The notes under the pieces were generated by a model that did no database searches, was not told the DNA's origin, and worked only from the letters and a program-made list of their open reading frames with translations. From Polyangiaceae bacterium (GTDB lineage: Bacteria > Myxococcota_A > Polyangia > Polyangiales > Polyangiaceae): a stretch of 64,000 nucleotides of DNA. A program made the translations under genes and the position numbers. The stretch is taken from positions 384,001 to 448,000 of the forward strand of contig CBDCTZ010000005.1 of NCBI GenBank assembly GCA_965222375.1, in the 5' to 3' direction. Shown here one piece after another: positions 19,249 to 28,798 of the stretch (position 1 is the stretch's first letter; each line of letters begins with the position of its first letter).

Positions 19249-20769
19249 TTGCGGACAGTAGCCTCAACTTCGCCTGTGAACAAAGTGACGCAGAACGACA
19301 CAACGCGCACGCCTCAAGCCGTGGAGGGCGTGGACATGAAATCGCTTCCGATCGGGCCGGAAGAAGCGTTCGTGCTGTCGAGAGTGGATGGGCGCACCAA
19401 CGAGAGCGAGATCGCGGCCGTGACCGGCCTCGACCTCGATCGAGTCCAGACCCTGCTCACGCGCTTGTCGGAACTTGGAGCCGTGAGCTTCGACGCGCCG
19501 CCGCCCCCGCCCAAGCGCCCCAAGCCGTCGCCCTCCATTCCCCCAGGCCGAGGCCTCACGCACCCGGTCATCGAAGCCCGGGACGGCGGTTCGAGCGCGC
19601 TGCACCCCGCCGCGGCTCTTTACGATCCAGCCGAGCTCGACGAGGAAGTGGACCTAGAACTGCCCAAGAAGCGCATGATCCTAGATCGCTTCTACAGCCT
19701 GGATAGCGTGACCCACTACGAGCTGCTAGGGGTCACGGCTGACGCGGATAAGAAAGCGGTCAAACACGCCTACTTCGCATTGGTCGGCGAGTTCCATACC
19801 GACCGCTACTACGGTAAAAACCTCGGCAATTTCAAGGCAAAGCTCGATCGCGTATTCCAACGCCTTACGGAGGCTCACGACACCCTCACGTACCCAGCTA
19901 CCCGTAGCGAGTACGACGACTACCTCTCCGCGCAATCTCGAACACGCGACCTGGAACAGGCGCTGGGCGACGAGCCGTCCCGCACCGCCGAGGTTGAGCA
20001 AGCACGCAAGGTCATCGAGGAAGAGGCACGCGTCGCCGAGCGGGCACAGCACACACCGGGCAAGGATTCCGTCCGACCCTTGGCCAAGGGCGAGCGGCGC
20101 CGCGCCCTCGCCCGCAAGCTAGGGGCCACGGGCATGCAGGCGCGCGCTCGCTCCTCGGCACCGCCCGCTTCGAGTCGCAGCCCCGTTGCACAGGAGATGG
20201 TCGCGGACGGCCTCAAGCGCCGCTACGAGCAGCGCCTCGCGAGTGCACGCGAAAGCCAAATCGAAAAGTATCGAACGGCCGCCGAACAAGCGTTGGCGAA
20301 GAACGACGTCGTCGCCGCGGCCAGCTCACTCCGCATCGCTTCGTCCCTGGTCCCTGAGGACGAAGAACTCGCCGATCAACTTGAAGAGATCCAAGAGAAA
20401 GCCAACTTGGAGCTCGCGGAAAGCTACCTCGAACAAGCGCGCTACGAAGAACGCAGCGGTCGCTTCCTCGAAGCGGCCCTGTCCTTCGAGCGGGCAGCCC
20501 GGGGCAAGCCCAGCGCCAAGCTTTACGAACGGGCAGCACACTGCCTGTTGGAGGGGGATGGCGACATGCGTCGCGCAGGCGAATTGGCCAAGAAAGCCGC
20601 TACAATGGCGCCCAAAGCCGCCGAGCCTCGAGTTACCCTCGCGAAGGTTTACGCCCACGCGGGCATGAAGGAAAGCGCCGTCATGGAATTCGAGCGGGCG
20701 GCGCAACTAGCGCCAGACGATGATAGCATCAAGGACTGGATCAAACGCCTCAAGCGCGGCGAGCTGTAG
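19249..20769 (+). CDS. J-domain protein with N-terminal winged-helix-like module and C-terminal TPRs; HPD motif altered to HTD
   Basis: HYELLGV...VKHAY..LVGEFHTDRY...FQRLTEAHDTL..P..R..YD; C-terminal TPRs; start uncertain. Confidence 0.85.
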   Translation: MRTVASTSPVNKVTQNDTTRTPQAVEGVDMKSLPIGPEEAFVLSRVDGRTNESEIAAVTGLDLDRVQTLLTRLSELGAVSFDAPPPPPKRPKPSPSIPPGRGLTHPVIEARDGGSSALHPAAALYDPAELDEEVDLELPKKRMILDRFYSLDSVTHYELLGVTADADKKAVKHAYFALVGEFHTDRYYGKNLGNFKAKLDRVFQRLTEAHDTLTYPATRSEYDDYLSAQSRTRDLEQALGDEPSRTAEVEQARKVIEEEARVAERAQHTPGKDSVRPLAKGERRRALARKLGATGMQARARSSAPPASSRSPVAQEMVADGLKRRYEQRLASARESQIEKYRTAAEQALAKNDVVAAASSLRIASSLVPEDEELADQLEEIQEKANLELAESYLEQARYEERSGRFLEAALSFERAARGKPSAKLYERAAHCLLEGDGDMRRAGELAKKAATMAPKAAEPRVTLAKVYAHAGMKESAVMEFERAAQLAPDDDSIKDWIKRLKRGEL

Positions 20770-20806
20770 CCCCAACCAAAACCCCAAGAAACAGGACTGA
20801 ACATAC

Positions 20807-22630
20807 ATGGAGCGCGTCATCGGTATCGATTTGGGGACCACCAATTCTTGTGTATCGGTCATGGAGGGAGACGCACCGGTCGTCATCCCCAACCGCGGTG
20901 GATACAAGACCACCCCCAGCATCGTCGCGGTCACCGAAGCGGGCAAACGACTCGTGGGGCACATCGCCAAGCGTCAGGCCATCACGAACGCGGAAAACAC
21001 CGTGTACGCCGCAAAGCGCCTGATTGGCCGCAAATGGAACTCTCCCCAGGTCAAGAACGCGATCATGACCTCGAGCTACACCATCGTCGAGGGTCCCCAC
21101 GGAGACGTCCGCATCAAGCTCCGCGACAAGACGTACTCGGTTCCAGAAATCAGTTCGATGGTCCTTCAAGAGATGAAGATCATCGCCGAAGACTACCTTG
21201 GCGAGACCGTCGACAAAGCCGTGGTCACGGTCCCGGCCTACTTCAACGACAACCAGCGACAGGCCACCAAAGACGCAGGTGCAATCGCTGGGCTCGATGT
21301 CATACGCATCATCAATGAGCCGACCGCCGCCTCCCTTGCCTACGGGTTCGGAAAGGAACTCGATCGCACCGTGGCCGTCTACGACTTGGGCGGCGGCACC
21401 TTCGACATCAGCATCCTCGAGATCGGTGCTCATGGGGTGTTCAAAGTCATCAGCACGACGGGTGACACATTCTTGGGAGGCGAGGACTTCGACGCGCGAA
21501 TCATCGACTGGCTGGTCGAAGGGTTCAAAGAAGAGCACGACATCGATTTGCGACAGGACCGCATGGCCCTGCAGCGACTGCGAGACGCCGCGGAGAAAGG
21601 CAAGTGCGAGCTATCGGGTGTCACTGAGACCGAAATCAACCTGCCCTTCATCATCTCGACCGGGCGTAACGAAGCACTGCACTTGCAGCGCACGTTGTCC
21701 CGAGAACTGCTCGAAAAGCTCACCGAGGACTTGGTCGACCGCACCGTGGATATCTGCCGCCAGGCCCTAGAAGATGCCAAATTGGACGCGGACGAGGTGG
21801 AAGATGTGATCCTCGTGGGCGGCATGACTCGCATGCCTGCCATCATCCGCGCAGTGCAAGAGCACTTCCGTCGAGAGCCTAACAAGGGCGTACACCCGGA
21901 TGAAGTCGTCGCGCTGGGCGCCGCAATTCAGGGCGCAGCACTGGTCGACGACAAGCACGAAATGATCCTGCTCGACGTCACGCCCCACGCGCTTGGCATC
22001 ATGACCTTCGGCTCCTACTTCGAAGAACTCATCCCCCAGAATACGACCGTCCCCACCAGTCGCACCAAGGTCTTCACCACCAGCCGCGACAACCAAACGG
22101 CCGTGAAGATCTTGGTAATGCAGGGTGAAAGCAAGCAGGCCGACGAAAACGAGCTCCTCGGGGAGTTCATCCTCACGGGGCTACGGCGTGCCCCGAAGGG
22201 CCACGTCGAGATCGAGGTGACCTTCGAGATCAACACCGACGGAATCGTGAGTGTGCATGCCAAGGACCTCGAAACAGGCCAAGAGCAATCGATTCAAGTC
22301 ACTGCGTCCAGCGGTCTGACGCCGGAAGAAATCAAGAACATGATGGACAGCGCGCAGGATTACCTCGTCGAGCGACGCTCCGATGAAGAGTTCGAAAAGG
22401 CGCGCCAGGAGGCCGAGACGATGATTGCCGAGATCGAGCGACTCTTCCCGGACGTCGAGCGGATCGTCGGAACCGCGGACTTCGGCCGCGACGCGATCTC
22501 GAAGGCCCAGGGCATTGTGGAGGCCACGAAGAAGGCGATCACACAGAAGAATACGGCACAGCTGAAGGAGCAACTCGAACAACTTGCGCGCACCGAGCGA
22601 ATGTTCCGTGGTGTCGTAGCGAGAACGTAA
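20807..22630 (+). CDS. dnaK: Hsp70/DnaK paralogue (607 aa)
   Basis: GIDLGTTNS, TVPAYFND.QRQATKDAG, DLGGGTFD, LVGGMTR.P, LLDV linker; no grpE nearby; short C-terminus. Confidence 0.93.
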   Translation: MERVIGIDLGTTNSCVSVMEGDAPVVIPNRGGYKTTPSIVAVTEAGKRLVGHIAKRQAITNAENTVYAAKRLIGRKWNSPQVKNAIMTSSYTIVEGPHGDVRIKLRDKTYSVPEISSMVLQEMKIIAEDYLGETVDKAVVTVPAYFNDNQRQATKDAGAIAGLDVIRIINEPTAASLAYGFGKELDRTVAVYDLGGGTFDISILEIGAHGVFKVISTTGDTFLGGEDFDARIIDWLVEGFKEEHDIDLRQDRMALQRLRDAAEKGKCELSGVTETEINLPFIISTGRNEALHLQRTLSRELLEKLTEDLVDRTVDICRQALEDAKLDADEVEDVILVGGMTRMPAIIRAVQEHFRREPNKGVHPDEVVALGAAIQGAALVDDKHEMILLDVTPHALGIMTFGSYFEELIPQNTTVPTSRTKVFTTSRDNQTAVKILVMQGESKQADENELLGEFILTGLRRAPKGHVEIEVTFEINTDGIVSVHAKDLETGQEQSIQVTASSGLTPEEIKNMMDSAQDYLVERRSDEEFEKARQEAETMIAEIERLFPDVERIVGTADFGRDAISKAQGIVEATKKAITQKNTAQLKEQLEQLARTERMFRGVVART

Positions 22631-22655
22631 GAGGTCAAAGGAAGCCCAGGTCGCC

Positions 22656-23546
22656 ATGGGGCAAAACGACAGGGACAGCCGAGCGCCGGCGTCGAAAAAC
22701 GCGGAGACCGAGTTGATCGACGCCAGCTGGGACGACGACGATCTCGTCTCGGGCGTGGAGCTCGCTCAACCTGAAGATGACGAAGACGTCGGCGATCGAG
22801 TCACGGCGATCCCGAGTATGCCGCCGGAAATGATGGCAGAAAAACTCATGGCGCAGGCGCCCCCGTCCCTACCTCCGCAGGTCACGCGAGCGACACCTGC
22901 CACCCCGACCGGTATGAAGGCGGTCCGTGCTCCAAGCCTCGAGATGCCCTTCACGTCGCCCTCCAGCCCTACCTTCGATGGCGAGGACGAACCACCGACA
23001 GAGCCCAAGCGAGTGCCTTCCGTCGACGATCTCGATCTGTCTCCAAACGCGCCCCCCTTGGAGCTCGATCTTTCGGCGGGCGGCGGCCCCGTCCCCACTG
23101 AGCCGCCGACCCCCGCCGCACCGGCTGCGGTCACGCCCATGGCGCCAGCGCTTTCATCCCAGGACGATCCGGAAACGGAAATGAAGGACCGTTACGCGAT
23201 GGGGGATTTCACGGGCGCCTTGGTCGTTGCGGAGAGCCTGTTGGACGCGAACCCTGAGGACGAGCAGGCGGCGCGCTACGCAGAAAGCTGCCGCGACGTA
23301 TTGACCCAAATGTACTCGGCGCGCCTCGGCCCATCGGATCAGACGGTGGTCGTCGCGGTCCCGCCAGATCAGATCCGCTGGCTGTCCTTGGACCATCGCG
23401 CGGGGTTCTTGCTCAGCATGATCGACGGAACCAGCAGCATTGACGAAATCCTCGATGTCAGCGGCATGGCAAGGCTCGAAGCCATGCGCATCTTGTTCAT
23501 GCTCTACGAGCAGCAAGTCATTCGGCTCGAGCCTTCGAGCGGCTAG
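22656..23546 (+). CDS. Acidic/Pro-rich protein with C-terminal TPR plus winged-helix-like module
   Basis: Low-complexity N-terminus; YAMGDFTGAL TPR-like segment; LSLDHRAGFLLSMIDG...EILDVSGM module. Confidence 0.7.
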   Translation: MGQNDRDSRAPASKNAETELIDASWDDDDLVSGVELAQPEDDEDVGDRVTAIPSMPPEMMAEKLMAQAPPSLPPQVTRATPATPTGMKAVRAPSLEMPFTSPSSPTFDGEDEPPTEPKRVPSVDDLDLSPNAPPLELDLSAGGGPVPTEPPTPAAPAAVTPMAPALSSQDDPETEMKDRYAMGDFTGALVVAESLLDANPEDEQAARYAESCRDVLTQMYSARLGPSDQTVVVAVPPDQIRWLSLDHRAGFLLSMIDGTSSIDEILDVSGMARLEAMRILFMLYEQQVIRLEPSSG

Positions 23547-23547
23547 C

Positions 23548-25512
23548 GTGAACACCGTCGAGCGTGCACCCGCGCTCGTCGAGCTCGCGCTAGGCACTCT
23601 GCTGCTGTGGGTTGCTCTCGGCGTGGGCCAGGCGGCTTTGGCCAGTCCGCCAGCGCATACCCCAATCGAGCCCAATGCGTCGGTGCCCCTCGGCGCTGAG
23701 CATGACACAGACGCTTCCCTGCCGACCCGGGCAGAGGAGGTGGCCAACTACAAGCTCGCGGCGCGCCTCGACGAGACCAGTCACGTGGTGGACGGATCCG
23801 GTGAGTTGGTTTGGACCAACCGTTCTCGCGCCCCGGTGAAACACCTGTATTTTCACCTCTACCTGAACGCTTTCAAGAACGAAGAATCGCTTTTCCTGCG
23901 CTCTCCCTTTGTAACTGGACGTGACGAAGGCCAGTTGTCGGATTCAGGCTACATCGAAGTGTCCGAAATGCGCGCCAGGCAGTTCGGTCAAGCCAACCTG
24001 TGGAACAACGCGGCGAAACACTCCCCCGGGGACCCTGACGACGAGACAGATATTCGACTGCCCCTGCCCGAAGCCGTGGAACCCGGGGAGTCACTGCATC
24101 TCACGTTCAAGTTTCGTTCGAAACTTCCTCGCGTCGTTGCCCGCACCGGCCACGCGGGTGGCTTTCATATGATTGCGCAGTGGTACCCCAAGATCGCACG
24201 ATTGGAAGATGATGGCACCTTCGCGCACTTTGCGTTTCATCCCCAGGCAGAGTTCTACTCGGATTTCGGCAAGTACGAGGTCGAACTCGACGTAGCAGAA
24301 CACCTGAAGGTCGGCGCCACAGGCCGCTTGAAGTCGAAAAGCCGCCAAGCCGGCCGGCAGCGCTACCACTACCGTGCGGAAAATGTTCATGACTTCGCCT
24401 GGTGCGCTGGAGCGAATCTCCTCGAAAAAGGCGAGCGCATCGACGACACGGACGTGCGCCTGCTCTACCCCCGTGGACATACCGCCAACGCCGTGACGAC
24501 CCTGTCCGCGTTGCGTCGCGCGCTGCCCAACATGGAGCGGCGCTTCGGCCGCTACCCCCATGGCGTTTTGACCGTCGTCCATCCACCCGATAGCGCGCAG
24601 GCGGCGGGTGGCATGGAGTATCCGACACTGATCACGACCGGTGGGAAGTGGTGGTCGGCCCATTCAGGTGCTCGGCTCCTCGAAAGCCTCGTGACCCATG
24701 AGCTCGGTCACCAGTGGTTCCAGGGCTTGGTAGCCACTCACGAGCCAAAGTATCCCTTCTTGGATGAGGGGTTGACCTCCTACGCCGAGCAAGCAGTCCT
24801 CGATGACCTATACGGTCAGGCCTCGTTTGCCAGGCTCGGCGGTTGGTCTCTCAGCGGCCACGCCCTGCGACGTGCTGCGGCGGCCCGCATGGCCCACGAC
24901 GACCCAATCGCTCAGCCAGCGGCCGGGTTTTCGAGCTTCGCCAGCATCGGTGGCTTGGTGTATTCGCGAACCGCGACCTTGCTCGAAACCCTCTCCCGGG
25001 TCTACGGCCGAGATCGCCTGGAGCGATCCATGGGCCGCTACGCTCGAGCGTATCGCTATCGCCACCCCACGCCCGAGGCCTGGCTGGACGCCATCGAGCA
25101 GGGCTTGGGCGCAGACGCCCGGGAGGTGGCGCGCCGGGCGTTGTTCGAGCGTGGATTCGTCGATTTCCTGGCCGAAACGCCTGAGAGCGCCGCGAAAGCG
25201 GCCTCAACCGGCCGATCCAGCCGAGTCATTCTTCGTCGACACGGCTCTCTGCAACTGCCCGTCGACGTTGAGCTGCATTTCGCTGACGGACGTCGGGAGC
25301 GCAAGCATTGGGACGGAAAGGCAGCGTGGACTGCGATCGACGTCGTGGACCCAGAGCCCGTGGTCGCTGTCGTCGTCGATCCAGACCACCGCGTATTGCT
25401 GGACCAGAACTTGTTCAACAATGCCCGCAGCGTGTCGCCGAAGCTGCCTTGGCGCTCCATCAGCCGCATCAACTATTGGTCAGGGCTCGCGCTCAGCCTG
25501 GTGGCACCATGA
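23548..25512 (+). CDS. Secreted M1-family zinc aminopeptidase
   Basis: Signal peptide; GGMEY; HELGH followed by DEGL; start GTG 23548. Confidence 0.88.
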   Translation: MNTVERAPALVELALGTLLLWVALGVGQAALASPPAHTPIEPNASVPLGAEHDTDASLPTRAEEVANYKLAARLDETSHVVDGSGELVWTNRSRAPVKHLYFHLYLNAFKNEESLFLRSPFVTGRDEGQLSDSGYIEVSEMRARQFGQANLWNNAAKHSPGDPDDETDIRLPLPEAVEPGESLHLTFKFRSKLPRVVARTGHAGGFHMIAQWYPKIARLEDDGTFAHFAFHPQAEFYSDFGKYEVELDVAEHLKVGATGRLKSKSRQAGRQRYHYRAENVHDFAWCAGANLLEKGERIDDTDVRLLYPRGHTANAVTTLSALRRALPNMERRFGRYPHGVLTVVHPPDSAQAAGGMEYPTLITTGGKWWSAHSGARLLESLVTHELGHQWFQGLVATHEPKYPFLDEGLTSYAEQAVLDDLYGQASFARLGGWSLSGHALRRAAAARMAHDDPIAQPAAGFSSFASIGGLVYSRTATLLETLSRVYGRDRLERSMGRYARAYRYRHPTPEAWLDAIEQGLGADAREVARRALFERGFVDFLAETPESAAKAASTGRSSRVILRRHGSLQLPVDVELHFADGRRERKHWDGKAAWTAIDVVDPEPVVAVVVDPDHRVLLDQNLFNNARSVSPKLPWRSISRINYWSGLALSLVAP

Positions 25513-26366
25513 AGCAGCTCCCGAGTCTGCGTGCCGCCTTCCAGCGCTGGGATGCACTGGTTTTCGCCCTGGTGGTCCGCCTGGCCCTCTCAACGGTGAT
25601 CGGACTGCCCGTCGTAGGTGCACTACTCGCCACGGGCATCTCCAACTATCCCGACGCAGACTCCGCGATGTTTGGCGGGGGCGGTCTCATGCTGACGGAA
25701 GCGGTGCGGTTGAGTCTGGAAGGCCTAGGTGTTTTGACACAATTCACCTTGTTGCTCGCTGTGCTCGCAATCTTGGTGTCCTTGATTCCAACGGCTGTCG
25801 TCTTTCAGGCGCTCGCGGACCGTGAGCTGCCCCTGCCCCGGGCCCTGGCGCGGGCGATGGCAAAGTTGCCGACGCTATTCGCCGTCTACGCACTGTGCCT
25901 CTTGCTTCAAGTCTTGGTGGTCGCTGGCTCACTGATCTTGGCGGTCTCAGCGGCCAACGAATTGAGCTCGACTCTGACGGACCCCCAAGCCGACTTGTGC
26001 GGTGTTTCGCTACTCGCGTTGGGGTTGTTGCTTAGTTGCTGCATCGGCATCACCCGAGACCTAGCCTTCGCCGCGGCGACTAAGTCCCAGCACAACGCCT
26101 GGCGTGCGCTCTACGCGGGCGCTGGCGCGTTGCTCACACATCCTCTTCGCGTCGCCGTTGACTGGGCACGGTTCGCCGCCTGGCAAGTGGTCGTCGTTTT
26201 GGGGGCCGCTTGGCTGACGGGTATCATTCCGGTCGGCAGCGGCAGCACCACCGGCGCAGCCCTCAGCACTGGGCTCCAACTCGGCGTGTTGACGTCCATC
26301 ATCGTGCTGCGCGCGGCCTGGACCGTTCGCAGTCTCTGCCACACGCGAGCAGATGGCGTGGGCTGA
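25509..26366 (+). CDS. Multi-pass membrane protein
   Basis: ATGA overlap with the peptidase; about 6 hydrophobic helices. Confidence 0.65.
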   Translation: MKQLPSLRAAFQRWDALVFALVVRLALSTVIGLPVVGALLATGISNYPDADSAMFGGGGLMLTEAVRLSLEGLGVLTQFTLLLAVLAILVSLIPTAVVFQALADRELPLPRALARAMAKLPTLFAVYALCLLLQVLVVAGSLILAVSAANELSSTLTDPQADLCGVSLLALGLLLSCCIGITRDLAFAAATKSQHNAWRALYAGAGALLTHPLRVAVDWARFAAWQVVVVLGAAWLTGIIPVGSGSTTGAALSTGLQLGVLTSIIVLRAAWTVRSLCHTRADGVG

Positions 26367-26372
26367 GCTGTG

Positions 26373-27809
26373 TCAGCCAGCAGCAGCCATTGCCTGGCGG
26401 TAGATCTGCAACGTGCGTCGGGCGGGTCGATCCCAGCTGGAGTCTCGGCGCATCACGCGGCGGCGGAGCTCACTGAATTTGGCTCCTCGAAACGCGCTGA
26501 GCGCGCGGCCAACTGCGCCATGCAGGGCGGCGGCGGCGTCACCGTCGAAGAGGAAACCGCTGCCGCTCTTGAGCTGCTCGTCACAGTCCACGACCACGTC
26601 GAAGGCGCCGCCCGTCGCTCGAGTGACAGGCACCGCTCCGTAGCGCTGTGCCACCATCTGCTTGCCAGCGAAGGGCACGTGGCGATCTAGAGTGAGCGCG
26701 AAATCTGAAGCGGAAAGGACCCGACGCAGGGTTCCAGCGTCACTGCGACGGACCCACGCGAGCCGCTCACGGTGCTTTTCAAGCAGGGTCTCCAGTCGCT
26801 TCGTGGATGGCCCGTGCGCTTCCCCGGCCACGACCAGCGAAAGCTCCTGCTTCGTCAGCTTGGCCAGAACAGCCAGAAGCTGGTCGAAGCCCGCATCCTT
26901 GGTCAGCGGCCCGGTGAACGAAAAGAGCGGGCGCTCCAGGTCCAGTTCCAACTCCAGCTCACGCAACAACGCCGTCTTGCAGCGCCCCTTGTTCGAGGGA
27001 TCCTCCGCGTCGTATCGACTCGTGAGGGTGGCATCCGTGGCTGGGTTGAAGACGGCATAGTCGATGCCCCCCAAGATCCCCACGGGTGAGCGGTCCGAGC
27101 TCGCGATCACGTCGGCGATGGGTCCCGCGATATCCGAGTCTGCCATTTGCTGGGCGTAGGACGGACTCATTGTGGTCAGCGCACTAGCGAATTCGAGTGC
27201 GGTCTTGAGCAAGTTGAGTTTGCCTCCCAACCGCAGACGTTCATTGCCGGCCTGGGATTGGCTCAGCCCGAGGCCCTCGGCATCTTTCAGAGGGAGCACG
27301 ACCTGGCGCGTGAAATCGTGAACCGTGAAGATGCAGGGCACCGCCACGTCCTTTGCCTCAGCGAGGAGATACGGCACGAGCCCTGTCGCGGCGTCGTGAG
27401 CGTGCAACACATCCAAGGCCTGGCCCTGCTGCATGCGCTGGCGACAGACCCCAGCGGCAACCTGGGCAAGCAAGCCAAAGCGCTTGGCATTGTCTGGGAA
27501 ATCCTTGCCATCTTGCCCGTAGACTCCGGGACGGTCGAAGAGGACAGGGGCGTCGAAGGTGGTCAGCTGCACTCCGCTGGGCATCTGCGCGTCCAGCAAA
27601 GTCACCTCGGCACCGTCGGGCAGCAAGAGCGGCGTCAGCCGTCGGGCGAGGAGCACGCCGGAGGCCTCCAACCCGGGCACCCGCGGGCACACCACGGAGA
27701 CGTTGTGACCGAGGTGCTTCAGAGCCTTGGCGAGACTGGCCACCGCGGACCCTGCCTGGGTATAGCCGGCGCCCTCACCGAACTCGGCTGACACCATCAA
27801 GATATCCAT
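26373..27809 (-). CDS. Glycogen/starch synthase (GT5)-like protein with degenerate catalytic motifs
   Basis: GlgA layout (LFDRPGVYG, DNAKRF, SPSYA, GID...NP..D, RYGAVP..ATGG, SW) but KTGGL, R/K and E motifs missing; start ATG 27809. Confidence 0.8.
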   Translation of the reverse strand: MDILMVSAEFGEGAGYTQAGSAVASLAKALKHLGHNVSVVCPRVPGLEASGVLLARRLTPLLLPDGAEVTLLDAQMPSGVQLTTFDAPVLFDRPGVYGQDGKDFPDNAKRFGLLAQVAAGVCRQRMQQGQALDVLHAHDAATGLVPYLLAEAKDVAVPCIFTVHDFTRQVVLPLKDAEGLGLSQSQAGNERLRLGGKLNLLKTALEFASALTTMSPSYAQQMADSDIAGPIADVIASSDRSPVGILGGIDYAVFNPATDATLTSRYDAEDPSNKGRCKTALLRELELELDLERPLFSFTGPLTKDAGFDQLLAVLAKLTKQELSLVVAGEAHGPSTKRLETLLEKHRERLAWVRRSDAGTLRRVLSASDFALTLDRHVPFAGKQMVAQRYGAVPVTRATGGAFDVVVDCDEQLKSGSGFLFDGDAAAALHGAVGRALSAFRGAKFSELRRRVMRRDSSWDRPARRTLQIYRQAMAAAG

Positions 27810-27913
27810 GGCGCCAGCGTGTATCATGGCCCTGCCCCCAGCGCACTGGCGCCGACGCCGAGCAACCCCCCACCCCGGGTCCGCAGCAAGCCGTAGAATC
27901 CACACCAGCTCCC

Positions 27914-28798
27914 ATGGACCAACTCGTTGAAAAAGCAGCGATTTTGCAGGAAGCGTTGCCCTACATCCGGCGCTTCCACAAGCGTGTCTTCGTCGTCAAG
28001 TACGGGGGCCACGCCATGGTGGACGAAAGCCTGAAGGCGAGCTTTGCGAGGGACATTTGCCTGCTTCGGTACGTGGGGATCTGCGTGGTTGTGGTGCACG
28101 GCGGAGGACCCCAGATCAGCCAGACCCTGAAACGCATGGGGATCGCCTCCACTTTCAACGGCGGGTTGCGGGTGACCGACGAGGAGACGATGGACGTCGT
28201 CGAGATGGTGCTGGGTGGCGGGGTCAACCAGAACATCGTCGGCCTGATTTGCCAGTTCGGGGGCCGGGCGGTCGGGCTGTCCGGAAAGGACGACCATTTC
28301 ATCAAAGCCAAACGCCTCGACGAACTCAAAGCCGATGCTGGGCCTGGAAACGCCAGGGTCGAGCTTGGCCGCGTGGGCAGCGTGCAGAGCGTGGATCCCT
28401 CGATCGTCCTGAACCTACTAGCCAGCGGCTTTTTGCCGGTCATTGCGCCTATTGGCGTCGACGCGGAGGGACACGCGTTGAACGTCAACGCGGATACCGC
28501 GGCGGGTCGTATTGCCAGCGAGCTCGGTGCCGCCAAGCTGGTGCTCATGACAGACGTGGAGGGCGTCAAAGATGGCAACGGCGAACTGCTCAGGTCGGTG
28601 GACACGCGCCAGGCGGACGAGCTGATTGCGGCCGGCGCCGTCTCGGGAGGCATGATCCCAAAGGTTCGCTGCGCACTCGATGCCGTCGAGGCGGGCGTGG
28701 AAAAGGTCCACATCGTCGACGGTCGTCACCGCCACGCCCTACTCCTGGAAATATTCACCGATCAAGGAGTGGGCACGGAGATTCGAGTCGCTCCGTGA
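27914..28798 (+). CDS. argB: Acetylglutamate kinase
   Basis: EALPYI, VVKYGGHAM, VHGGGPQI, GLRVTD, NVNAD, GGMIPKV. Confidence 0.95.
   Translation: MDQLVEKAAILQEALPYIRRFHKRVFVVKYGGHAMVDESLKASFARDICLLRYVGICVVVVHGGGPQISQTLKRMGIASTFNGGLRVTDEETMDVVEMVLGGGVNQNIVGLICQFGGRAVGLSGKDDHFIKAKRLDELKADAGPGNARVELGRVGSVQSVDPSIVLNLLASGFLPVIAPIGVDAEGHALNVNADTAAGRIASELGAAKLVLMTDVEGVKDGNGELLRSVDTRQADELIAAGAVSGGMIPKVRCALDAVEAGVEKVHIVDGRHRHALLLEIFTDQGVGTEIRVAP

Noticed and set aside
27353..28794. Long N-terminal extensions of argB and the RluA gene in the ORF track (similarly nikR, pilA, dppB)
   Set aside because: They overlap neighbouring genes; family motifs begin at the downstream starts used here
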